Assembly: GCA_035604815.1 (NCBI GenBank)
Contig: DATNHT010000088.1
Span: 14,388 to 78,387 of the forward strand
Length of the DNA: 64,000 nt
Direction of reading: 5' to 3'
Source of the DNA: Opitutaceae bacterium
GTDB taxonomy: Bacteria > Verrucomicrobiota > Verrucomicrobiia > Opitutales > Opitutaceae
Shown here one piece after another: positions 18,214-26,636 of this stretch. Under the pieces are notes generated by a model. The model did no database searches. It saw only the letters and a list, made by a program, of their open reading frames with translations, and was not told the DNA's origin. Every line of letters starts with the position of its first letter. Positions within the stretch are counted from its first letter, which is position 1. The position numbers and the translations under genes were made by a program.

Positions 18214-19599
18214 TTACGCCACTTGGAGTTCGTACTCCGCCGGCAGGTACTTGGCCGGGTCGGCCAGGGACATCTGCCGGGCGATGAATGCGGCCTCGTC
18301 GGACGGCAATTCGTCAAGCTGGGCCGCCATCGAGTCGAGGAAGCCGAGCTCTCGCGGGACGATCTTGAGCGAGCCCGCGGCGTGGCCTGCGCGCAGGAGG
18401 TCGAGGGCGCAGCGCGCCGCGGCGACGCCCGCGTGAAAATGGTCCGGCGCGGCCACGATCGAGCGGGCGATCGCCAGGACGCTTTCGGGTCTTAGCACCC
18501 ATGCCTGGGGATCGAGTCCCGCGTCGGAATCGACGAGCCAGCGGCGCAGCGTGAGGGCGGCGGTCTTCCCCTCGGCCAGGGCCCGGTTCATCAGACGGCA
18601 GTCGTAGATCAGCTGCTCCATGTAGCAGGTCGGTGCCATGCCGGCAAGAAGGCGGACATTCTGCACGGACTCGTTGGACCACGTGTCCGCATAGGCGGCG
18701 GCAATGTTGCCGAGGGGGCTGAAGTGCGCGCAGGCGGATGTCTTGCCTTCCATCGCCATCGGGCAGCCGGTGATCGCCTTTAGGTAGGGGTTCTCGTACG
18801 CGCAATCCTTGCCGGGGCCTATGGCGCCGTATTCGTAGGCGACGAGCGTGCGCACGGTCGTGACGGCTCGCACGACGGCGGCAAAGACCCGGGGGATCAT
18901 CCTTTGCTCGGCAAGCACCATCGCGGTGTTGCCGAAGCCGCAGGCGGTGTCGCCCGCGCAAACGGCCCCATGGCGGCGCGCGACGGCGGCGATGTGCTTC
19001 CACAGGAATTCCATGTCGCGCACGCCGAGCACGCACAGCGCGAAGATCACCTGCCCGAGATCGCAGTTCATCAGGGCCTCGTCGTGCAGCTCCTTGCCGC
19101 CCACCGATTCGATGCTGAGCAGCTCCGCTCCGGCTCGGGCCGAGCCCTCGAACAGCTCCAGCATCCGCTCCCAGTGCATGCCCGAGCGCATGACCGGCGG
19201 GCGGGCGAACTCCCGGTTGTCGTTGGGCGTCATGCGCAGCGCCGTCGGAAGGCCGAATTGGCGGCGGGCATCCTCCATGCCGGCAAGGAGCACCCGCACT
19301 ATCTCGATGCCGAAGGCCGGCGTGGCGGTCATGGGCGGCAAAGTCTCGAACTCGATGATGACGCCGGGAGCCTCGAGCTCGGCCGCGCGGCGCAGGGCGT
19401 CCTTTACGATCTCCTTGTAGTGGCGGACGACGGCGGGCATGGTCGCCTCCGCGACCTCCATAGGGGGCAGCGTGAAATTGAGCTCCGGGTAAACCAGTCC
19501 GCCGCCCAGGCGCAGCCCCTGTCGGGTCACGAGGGGCTTGGGCGCGGTGCCGAAGAGCAGGTCGTCCGCGTTGGTGATCGCAAGGCTTTGGTATTTCAT
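18214..19599 (-). CDS. mtaB: Methanol:corrinoid methyltransferase MtaB homolog
   Basis: 461 aa. From memory it aligns along its length with Methanosarcina MtaB: LSIESVGGKE, AGDTACGFGNTAM, LVAYEYGAIGPGKDCAYEN, KAITGCPMAMEGKTSACAH, WSNESV, YDCRLMN. Confidence 0.85.
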   Translation of the reverse strand: MKYQSLAITNADDLLFGTAPKPLVTRQGLRLGGGLVYPELNFTLPPMEVAEATMPAVVRHYKEIVKDALRRAAELEAPGVIIEFETLPPMTATPAFGIEIVRVLLAGMEDARRQFGLPTALRMTPNDNREFARPPVMRSGMHWERMLELFEGSARAGAELLSIESVGGKELHDEALMNCDLGQVIFALCVLGVRDMEFLWKHIAAVARRHGAVCAGDTACGFGNTAMVLAEQRMIPRVFAAVVRAVTTVRTLVAYEYGAIGPGKDCAYENPYLKAITGCPMAMEGKTSACAHFSPLGNIAAAYADTWSNESVQNVRLLAGMAPTCYMEQLIYDCRLMNRALAEGKTAALTLRRWLVDSDAGLDPQAWVLRPESVLAIARSIVAAPDHFHAGVAAARCALDLLRAGHAAGSLKIVPRELGFLDSMAAQLDELPSDEAAFIARQMSLADPAKYLPAEYELQVA

Positions 19600-19664
19600 G
19601 GCGGCGGGACCTGGGGCTCCGGCTCCAGCGGCGTCTGGCGCCCCCGGGGCCGGCTGTGCCGGCC

Positions 19665-20300
19665 TTACGCGAACCCCACGAGCGCGCGGGCCTTGTCGGC
19701 GGCCGAGGCCGCATCGGGGGCGTATCCGTCAGCCCCAATCTCGTCGGCGAACTCCTGGCTGACCGGCGCCCCTCCCACCAGGATCTTGACCGGCGGGCCG
19801 CCGGCAGCGCGGATCGCCTGCACCGTCTCGACCATGGCGGGCATTGTCGTCGTCAGGAGCGCGGAAAGACCGACCACCTGCGGCCGGAACTCGTTGATCG
19901 CGGTCACGTACTTGGCGGCAGGTACGTTCGCTCCCAGGTCGATGACGCGGAAGCCGGTCGCCTTCAACATGACAGCCACCAGGTTCTTGCCTATGTCGTG
20001 CAGGTCGCCCTTCACCGTGCCGATCAGGGCCGTGTACTTGGGTGTGATGCCCGCGGCGGCCAGCCGCGGCTCCAGCAGGCTCATCGCCTCCTTCATCGCG
20101 CGGGCCGCGACGAGCATCTCCGGAACGAATATCTCGTTGTTCTTGAACTTCTCGCCCACCGCGGCCATCGCGGGGACCAGGGCCTTGTCAACGAGGTCGA
20201 TCGGCATGGCTCCCTCGTCGAGGGCCCGTTGCGTGAGGGCCTTGGCGTCCTTGCTCTTGCCGGCGGCGACGGCTTCGGAAAGCAGTTCAAACGTTGTCAT
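19665..20300 (-). CDS. mtaC: Corrinoid (cobalamin-binding) protein, MtaC-like
   Basis: B12-binding cap helix bundle plus a Rossmann domain with the DxHxxG motif (GDLHDIGKN), SALLTT and VGGAP. Confidence 0.9.
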   Translation of the reverse strand: MTTFELLSEAVAAGKSKDAKALTQRALDEGAMPIDLVDKALVPAMAAVGEKFKNNEIFVPEMLVAARAMKEAMSLLEPRLAAAGITPKYTALIGTVKGDLHDIGKNLVAVMLKATGFRVIDLGANVPAAKYVTAINEFRPQVVGLSALLTTTMPAMVETVQAIRAAGGPPVKILVGGAPVSQEFADEIGADGYAPDAASAADKARALVGFA

Positions 20301-20476
20301 AATTGGGTCGGTGTTGAGGTAAGAGGCTGCAGTCTAGCAGAAGGGCGGGCCGTAGGCTAGGGCGGCGGTGGCATTTCCGGCGCCGGGCCTGGGGCGGGTG
20401 GCTGCCGCGGCTGCGGCCCGGCCCATGGGTCGAGGCGGGAGGCGTTGGGGAGCACCTTGTGGAGGGGGCGGGCATC

Positions 20477-22108
20477 TCAGGGAAGGACCAGCTGGTCGAT
20501 GTAGGCGTCCTCGAATCCGGGCTGAAGGTTGAGTTCAATCGCCTCCATGGCGCGGCACGCCGCGCTCATCTCCCCCAGAAGGCTGCGGTCGTTCAGGGCC
20601 AGGTAGGCCCCGCCGAGCGAGGTGTTGCCGACCACCTGAATCTGATCGGCCGTGAAACCCGGGAGCAGGCCGCAGCCGATCGCGTGCTCCAGCGACAGGT
20701 AGAAGCCGAAGCCGCCGGCGAGATAGAGGCGCTTCACGTCGCGCGCCTCGGTGCCCAGCAGGTGAAGCAGCGTCGAAGCGCCTGCCGCAATGGCGGCCTT
20801 GGCCTGCAGGAGCCGGGCGACATCCAATTCGGACACCCAGACCGGCCCCGAGGCGCCGTGGGCATGTAGCCGCAGCTTGCGCCCCTGGGCGTCGGCGTGA
20901 ACCGCGTCGCCCGCGCCCGAGCAGAACGCCGCGTCAAAGCGGCCGTTGGCCTGCAGGATCCCCTTGCGCCGGGCCTCCCAGAGGAAGTCCACGTAGGCCG
21001 AGCCGCAGATGCCGATCGGCCTCTCGGTCGCACCGATGATGCCGAGATCCGCCGCAAAAGGTTCCGTCCGCAGCCGCACGCGCTCGATCGCGCCGCGGAC
21101 CGCGCGGGTGCCGCTTGTCAAGCCGGCGCCCTCGAACGCGGGCCCGGCGGCGGTGGCGCAGCCGACAAGGCGGCCGCCCACCTTCGCGATGATCTCGCCG
21201 TTCGTGCCCACGTCGATGAGCAGCGCCGGGCCGTCATCGTAGAGAAGGCCCGTGGCGACCATGCCGGCGGCAAGGTCGGCCCCCACGTAGGCCGCGGGTC
21301 CCGGCAGCAGGTGCACCTGCGCGGCGGCGTCGCCAAACTCGAGGCCGAGGTCCCGCGGCTGATAGGTGCGGTGCTCCAGGAAGACGGGCCGGAACGGATG
21401 GACGCCCATGGGCGTCGGGTCCACGCCCGCCAGCAGGTGGAGCATGGTGGTGTTCGCGGCGACGCTCATCGCGCCGACGTCGCTTGGGGCCACGCCGGAC
21501 TGGCGGCACGCATCGCCGAGCAGCGGGGCAATCGTCTCCTTCGCGACGGCGCGCTGCAGCTGACCGAGCGCCTCCGGGTCGGTGGTGCACCGCTGGATCC
21601 GCGTGAGCACGTCCTCCCCGAAGCGTATCTGGGCGTTGAATGCCGAGGCCTGCCCGATCACCCCGCCGGTTGCGAGGTCGCAGAGCAGCAGGGAGACCGT
21701 GGTCGTGCCGATGTCCACGGCGGCGCCGTAGCGCGCCTCAGGGACCAGCGGGTCGCGCGCCCAGGGAATGTTGATGCGAAACTCCGATACCACGGCCGGC
21801 TCGTGGCGCAGCAGCGAACGCGCTGGAAGCGCCAGCTCGATGCTCTCGCCGCCCAAGCGCATCTGGCATGACTTGACGCACGCCGTGGCGTCGGCGCCGA
21901 CGCGGGCGTCATCGGCGGCGCTCCGCAGCGAACCCGCGCGCAGCCCGACCTCGCAACCTCCGCACAGCCCGCGCCCGCCGCAGCGCATGTTCAGGGGAAA
22001 ATCGAGGCGCGCGAGCAGTTCGGAAAGCGGCAGCGCGGCCTCGGCGCCCGCGACGGAGAGATCGAACTGCCCGTCGGGCGTGTGGAGGAGGATGCGGGCA
22101 GCGGCCAT
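20477..22108 (-). CDS. RACE-type corrinoid reductive activase (2Fe-2S ferredoxin domain + ASKHA/DUF4445 ATPase)
   Basis: N-terminal CGGRGLCGGCEV...C plant-type ferredoxin motif. The ASKHA phosphate loop AVDIGTTTV and LIDVGTNGE are typical of RACo/AcsV-like activators. Confidence 0.85.
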   Translation of the reverse strand: MAAARILLHTPDGQFDLSVAGAEAALPLSELLARLDFPLNMRCGGRGLCGGCEVGLRAGSLRSAADDARVGADATACVKSCQMRLGGESIELALPARSLLRHEPAVVSEFRINIPWARDPLVPEARYGAAVDIGTTTVSLLLCDLATGGVIGQASAFNAQIRFGEDVLTRIQRCTTDPEALGQLQRAVAKETIAPLLGDACRQSGVAPSDVGAMSVAANTTMLHLLAGVDPTPMGVHPFRPVFLEHRTYQPRDLGLEFGDAAAQVHLLPGPAAYVGADLAAGMVATGLLYDDGPALLIDVGTNGEIIAKVGGRLVGCATAAGPAFEGAGLTSGTRAVRGAIERVRLRTEPFAADLGIIGATERPIGICGSAYVDFLWEARRKGILQANGRFDAAFCSGAGDAVHADAQGRKLRLHAHGASGPVWVSELDVARLLQAKAAIAAGASTLLHLLGTEARDVKRLYLAGGFGFYLSLEHAIGCGLLPGFTADQIQVVGNTSLGGAYLALNDRSLLGEMSAACRAMEAIELNLQPGFEDAYIDQLVLP

Positions 22109-22141
22109 GTCTGCAGGCGGTGGGAGCGGGCGCGGTCCGGC

Positions 22142-24433
22142 TCAGAACTCGTCGTAGGCGATCTGGCTGGCCGGGACGCCAATCTCGGCGAGCATCTTGT
22201 TGCACGCCCTCACCATCGCCGGCGGGCCGCAGAGGTAATACTCGGCGGCCTTTGGATTCGCGTGCCCGAGCAGGTGGTGCTCCCGCACAACCTCGTGGAT
22301 GAGGCCGGTGTGGCCCCGCCATTCGTCCTCGGCAAGCGGCGAGGAGAGGGCCAGGTGAAAGCTGAAGTTCTGATGAATCCCCTCGAGATGCTTGAAGTAG
22401 CTCTCGTAGAATATCTCCTGCCTCGAGCGCGCTCCGTACCAGAAGCTGACCCTGCGGGCGGTCCCTTCAGTCTCAAGGAGGTGGGACAGGTGCGCCCGCA
22501 AGGGGGCCATGCCGGCGCCGCCGCCGATGTAGACCATTTCCTTTCCCGTGGGCTTTATATGGAAGTCGCCGAAGGGTCCGATCGCGGTGACGGTGTCGCC
22601 GGCCTTCAGGTTGAACACGTAGGCGGAGCCGACGCCGGGCGGGCAGTCCTGTCCCGGGGGAGGGGTCGCAATGCGCACGTTGAAGCGCAGGGAGCGTTCG
22701 AGCCGCTGGTTGCTTGCGATGGAGTAGTTGTTGCGCCGGCCCGTTTCCGGGTTGCGGGCGACGAGGTCGAACACGTGCTGATTCCTCCATACGGTCGCAT
22801 AGGGTTCCGGGATATCAAACTCGCGGAAACGGATGAGGCCGTACGAGGGTATGTCGACCTGCAGGTAGTCACCCGGGGTGAAGGCGATGTCCTCGGCCGG
22901 TTTGGCGGGCTCGAGCACGAGCTCCTTGATGAAGGTGGCCACGTTGGCGTTGCTCACCACCCTGAGGCGGTAGGTCCTCTGGGCGCGCGCGCCCGCTCCG
23001 CCGGGCTTGAGGACGTTAAGGTGGAGGCGGCCGCCGCGCTCCTCGATAGGGTAGGTGGCAAGGCCGCGGCAGACCGGGGCGCGCGCCGGCGATCCGTCGG
23101 CGAGGTTGTAGCGGCCGTTGTGCTTCGGGCACTCGATGATCTTTCCCTTGACGAGGCCGTCCGTGAGGAGGGTGTTGCCGTGCGTGCACAAGGCGTCGGT
23201 CGCATAGAGCCTGCGCTCGGCGTCCCGGTAGAGGGCGTAGGTCTTCTTGCCGTGGTCGAAGCGGATGACATCCGCCGGGCCCAGGTCGGCGGCGGCGCAG
23301 ACCTCGACCCAGCCCTGCGCATCGGCGCTCGAGACGCTCGAATAGGTTGCACCCGGATCGGCCTTCCGGGGCCTGGGCGGCGGGATCCGGCGTTTGACGC
23401 AGTAGGTGGGATCCTTGACCTGCCTGAGAACGGCGGGGATGATCTCGCGCCAGGCGGCAAGCGTGCTCGGGTAGGCGGCGGGCATGTCGTCCCTCACCAG
23501 CTCGTGCAGGCGGGGGAGCGCATGGTAGGGGACCAGGGGGAACATGTGGTGCTCCGTGTGGTAATTCATGTTCCAATACAGGTAGCGGTTGACGAGATTC
23601 ATGTGCACCGTCCGGCAGTTGAGGCGGTGATCGAGGACGTTCTCGGCCAGGCCGGCGTGCTGCGTCAGCCCGTAGACTGTCGCCAGCCACGCGCCGAAGA
23701 GGTTCGGGAGGCCCACGTAGAGGAGCGGCAGGATGCTTCGGGTATAGATCGCGAGGCCGACCACGGACGCGTAAACGAGGACGTAGACGCGGGCCCTGCG
23801 GTAGATCTTCGGGAATTCGCTTTCGGGGATGAAGGTCTTCTCGTCGGCGCCCATGCGGCCGAAGGAATGCATCACGATGTGCTTAAAGTACCTCGGGTAC
23901 ACCGGAAGGCCAAAGAAGCCCATGATGAACTTCTTCAGATCCGGCGGCCGGGGCACCGCGATCTCGGGGTCGCGGCCGACGATGATGGTGTCGCTGTGGT
24001 GGCGGGTGTGGCTCCAGCGCCACACGGTCGACTCCCGCATGATCATGAACGACGCGATCTCGTAGAGCGCGTTGTTCATCCAGTCGGTCCTGAAGGCCGT
24101 GCCGTGCCCGGACTCATGCCAGCGCGAGTCGGAGGAGGAGCCGTAGAGGGCGGCGTAGACCCCGAACGGAAGGATCGCCCACCATGATCCCCAGAGGGCG
24201 CATGTCGCCCAGCCGGAGGCGAAGATGAGGGCAAACCAGATCAGCGTGTCGCGGACGGCCGGGCCGTTGCGGCGCTCCAGGAGCTTGCGCATCGTGGCGC
24301 GCGGGACGGGGCATTGGTACCAGTCGGCCTCGGCGAGGCCCTTCTCGACGGCGAGCGCCGCATTCACGCCAACGAGGCTGTAGTCCAGCTTGGCGGGCTT
24401 CAAAGATGCGGTGGCGGCGGCGTCGTGGCTCAT
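22142..24433 (-). CDS. Three-domain fusion: membrane di-iron fatty-acid-desaturase/hydroxylase domain + Rieske [2Fe-2S] ferredoxin + FNR/NqrF-like FAD/NAD(P)H reductase
   Basis: His boxes HESGH, HTRHH and HTEHH; Rieske CTHG...CPKH; reductase RNNYSIAS...GGAGMAP...CGPPAM. The ATG at 24433 (MSHDAAATAS) was chosen; the upstream 129 codons in the ORF track overlap the DUF1638 gene. Confidence 0.85.
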   Translation of the reverse strand: MSHDAAATASLKPAKLDYSLVGVNAALAVEKGLAEADWYQCPVPRATMRKLLERRNGPAVRDTLIWFALIFASGWATCALWGSWWAILPFGVYAALYGSSSDSRWHESGHGTAFRTDWMNNALYEIASFMIMRESTVWRWSHTRHHSDTIIVGRDPEIAVPRPPDLKKFIMGFFGLPVYPRYFKHIVMHSFGRMGADEKTFIPESEFPKIYRRARVYVLVYASVVGLAIYTRSILPLLYVGLPNLFGAWLATVYGLTQHAGLAENVLDHRLNCRTVHMNLVNRYLYWNMNYHTEHHMFPLVPYHALPRLHELVRDDMPAAYPSTLAAWREIIPAVLRQVKDPTYCVKRRIPPPRPRKADPGATYSSVSSADAQGWVEVCAAADLGPADVIRFDHGKKTYALYRDAERRLYATDALCTHGNTLLTDGLVKGKIIECPKHNGRYNLADGSPARAPVCRGLATYPIEERGGRLHLNVLKPGGAGARAQRTYRLRVVSNANVATFIKELVLEPAKPAEDIAFTPGDYLQVDIPSYGLIRFREFDIPEPYATVWRNQHVFDLVARNPETGRRNNYSIASNQRLERSLRFNVRIATPPPGQDCPPGVGSAYVFNLKAGDTVTAIGPFGDFHIKPTGKEMVYIGGGAGMAPLRAHLSHLLETEGTARRVSFWYGARSRQEIFYESYFKHLEGIHQNFSFHLALSSPLAEDEWRGHTGLIHEVVREHHLLGHANPKAAEYYLCGPPAMVRACNKMLAEIGVPASQIAYDEF

Positions 24434-25224
24434 GGGATGGGCTGGGAAGAGGCGGCGCCCGCGGGCACCGCCCTTACGATATTGGCATCGGCGGTGTGCG
24501 CAATCCGCTCGCCGGGATGCACGACCAGGAACCGCTCGCTGTCCCAGGGTCCGTGCAGCAGGTCGCGCATGAGCGTGGCGTCGCCGGCATGATCCTTGAA
24601 ACGCCAGCCGAGGGACCTCGCGCATTGCTCGGCGTAGCGCCGGTCCTCGTCGTCGCCGGGCAGACCGAGGTCCGTGTACCCAGCGGTTGTATGCTGCGCG
24701 AAGGCCGAGCGTTCCATCTCCAGCAGGGCCTCGACCTCCTCGGCGTCGAACTTCAGCGCATACTCCGCGCGCAGCTTCGCCTCGCGCTCGGGTCCGGGCA
24801 CCCGCCGGGCCCAGTTCCATCCCGGCGAATACCAGTAGGTTCCCGGCTCGTCGCGCATCTGCGCGGCGTACCGCTCCTTGCTGCCGAGAAAGAGCGTGAT
24901 ACAGTCGTGCGCCCGGGCCACCACGAGCGGGCAGCGGCGCGGGGCGAGGTCCATCAGCGCGAGGCCGCAGAGCCCGTATACAAGCACGACCTGGTGCACC
25001 GCAGGGTCGTCTTCCGCCCGGCCGATGGCGCCCGCGAGCAGCGAGCGCAGCCCGGTCGGCCGATCGTGCAGGCCGATTTCAAGAAACTCCCGCCGCACGA
25101 TGTGCGTGGCGCCCTGCGTCAGGGCCGCAATTTCCGACTCGAGCACGCGGCAGGCGATCAGGGCGAGGCCGGGCTGCGGATTTGGCCGCGGCTCTGGCAT
25201 AGGGAGGCCGCTCATGGGGCCCAT
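24430..25224 (-). CDS. DUF1638 domain protein
   Basis: LALIACRVLESEI...EFLEIGLHDRP...VVLVYGLCG...VVARAHDCITLFLGS resembles DUF1638. Its stop overlaps the start of the fusion gene (ATGA). The start may instead be 25215 or 25203. Confidence 0.65.
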   Translation of the reverse strand: MGPMSGLPMPEPRPNPQPGLALIACRVLESEIAALTQGATHIVRREFLEIGLHDRPTGLRSLLAGAIGRAEDDPAVHQVVLVYGLCGLALMDLAPRRCPLVVARAHDCITLFLGSKERYAAQMRDEPGTYWYSPGWNWARRVPGPEREAKLRAEYALKFDAEEVEALLEMERSAFAQHTTAGYTDLGLPGDDEDRRYAEQCARSLGWRFKDHAGDATLMRDLLHGPWDSERFLVVHPGERIAHTADANIVRAVPAGAASSQPIP

Positions 25225-26624
25225 CCCTGTTCGATTTGCTCGAGCGTGCGGCCCTTGGTTTCAGGAACGAACCGCCCGACCACCAGCACCAGCACGGCGC
25301 AAAACGCCGCGTAGACGTAGAATGGAAACGCATGGTTGAGCTGGCGCACGAACCACGAGTCCCTCGCATCCATCAACGGGAAGGTCTGCGTCACGGCGTA
25401 GTCGGCTGTCCAGAGGAAGAAGGTCGCCAGCCCCAGCGCGCGGCCGCGCACGGAGGTGGGGAAGATCTCCGCCAGGATCACCCAGGTCACGGGCCCGACC
25501 GAGAGCCCGAAGGCGGCGATGTAAAGAACGATGAAGAGCAGCATCCAGCCGCTTGTCGCGCTCGGGTCGGTCATGCGCTGGGCCATCGCGCCCATGGCCA
25601 CCAGGCTTACACCCATGCCGGCGGCGCCGAGGAACATGAGCGGGCGCCGGCCCCATTTGTCCACGGTTGCGATGGCAACCAGCGTGAAGAGGACGCCCGC
25701 GCCGTTGATGATGACCTGCTGCAGCAGTCCCGCGTCCACTCCCGTGGAGGCGCTCATGGTCCTGAATATGGTGGCGCCAAAATACATGAAGACATTGATC
25801 CCGGTAACCTGCTGGAGGACGGCCAGAGCGATGCCTAGGAGCAGCGGCCGGCGCAGCTGGCGGGAGAGGAGCGCCCCCCAGGTCCCCTGTTCCCGGGAAA
25901 TCGCGTCCCTGATGCTCGCTAGCTCGTCTTCGGCGAACTTCTCGCCCGCAACTTTCCCTAGGATGGTCTTCGCCCGTCCCTCGAGCTTCATCTCGATCAG
26001 CCAGCGCGGGCTCTCGGGTATCTGCAGGAGCAGGAGGCCGAACAGCACGGAGGGCACGACACCGGTCGCGAACATCCAGCGCCAGCCGGTGGAGATGAGC
26101 CACGCCTGGTCACCGCCCCGGGAGATGAAGTAATTGACGAACGAGGTCGCCGCGATCCCCCCGACGATGGCGATCTGGTTGACGGCGACCATCCGTCCGC
26201 GGACATGCGCCGGGGTGATCTCGGCGATGTACATCGGCGTGGAGATCGAGGCGATGCCGATGGCCACGCCGCCGAGAAAGCGGAAGGCGATGAAGACGCC
26301 GATCACCTGCGGGAGCGCGGTGCCGATGGCTGAGGCGAAGAACATGACTGCGGAGAGGAACAGGGCGGGCTTGCGCCCGAATCGGTCCGAGAGGGGGCCG
26401 ACGAGCAGCACGCCCGCCGCGCACCCGATGAGCACGCAGCCCGACGCCCAGCCCTTCATGAAGTCGCCCAGGCCGAAGCGGGCGGTCAACGGCTCTATCG
26501 CGCCCGAGATGACGCCGGTGTCGTAGCCGAAGAGCAGGCCCCCGAGCGTCGCGACCAGGCAGATCGGCACCAGGTAGCGCAGGTTGACCGGGGGCGGCAG
26601 GGGAGAATGGGGGGGCTCGGGCAT
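25212..26624 (-). CDS. MFS sugar-porter family transporter (XylE/GalP/IolT-like)
   Basis: GGLLFGYDTGVISGAI, SDRFGRK, PESPRWL, the PETKGRTLEQIE tail and 12 TM segments. Confidence 0.9.
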   Translation of the reverse strand: MPEPPHSPLPPPVNLRYLVPICLVATLGGLLFGYDTGVISGAIEPLTARFGLGDFMKGWASGCVLIGCAAGVLLVGPLSDRFGRKPALFLSAVMFFASAIGTALPQVIGVFIAFRFLGGVAIGIASISTPMYIAEITPAHVRGRMVAVNQIAIVGGIAATSFVNYFISRGGDQAWLISTGWRWMFATGVVPSVLFGLLLLQIPESPRWLIEMKLEGRAKTILGKVAGEKFAEDELASIRDAISREQGTWGALLSRQLRRPLLLGIALAVLQQVTGINVFMYFGATIFRTMSASTGVDAGLLQQVIINGAGVLFTLVAIATVDKWGRRPLMFLGAAGMGVSLVAMGAMAQRMTDPSATSGWMLLFIVLYIAAFGLSVGPVTWVILAEIFPTSVRGRALGLATFFLWTADYAVTQTFPLMDARDSWFVRQLNHAFPFYVYAAFCAVLVLVVGRFVPETKGRTLEQIEQGWAP

Positions 26625-26636
26625 GGACGGCGCGTC

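Noticed and set aside
20301-20476. Possible cobalamin riboswitch in the 176-nt gap upstream of mtaC.
   Set aside because: On the minus-strand RNA I find GGUGC and GCCAC fragments. I do not find a B12 box (AGYCMGGAGACCKGCC-like) or the GGGAA / GAAUC core elements. A covariance-model scan would be decisive, but by eye it does not fit.
18214-22108. Recoding (in-frame UAG pyrrolysine or UGA selenocysteine) in the methyltransferase or hydrogenase genes.
   Set aside because: MtaB, MtaC, MtaA-like, RACE, HoxH and HoxY are all uninterrupted ORFs of expected length. HoxH ends with Cys-containing DPCLSCSTH, so there is no Sec codon.
22082-24187. Very long antisense ORFs opposite well-supported genes. 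Examples: 22082..24187 +, 33950..36229 +, 12762..14339 -, 6394..7803 -, 40775..42259 -, 47520..49088 +, 54051..55925 -, 61609..63780 +.
   Set aside because: Their translations are Arg/Gly/Pro/Ala-rich with no motifs. They mirror genes with clear domain signatures on the other strand. This is the classic stop-codon-poor shadow-ORF artefact of GC-rich DNA.
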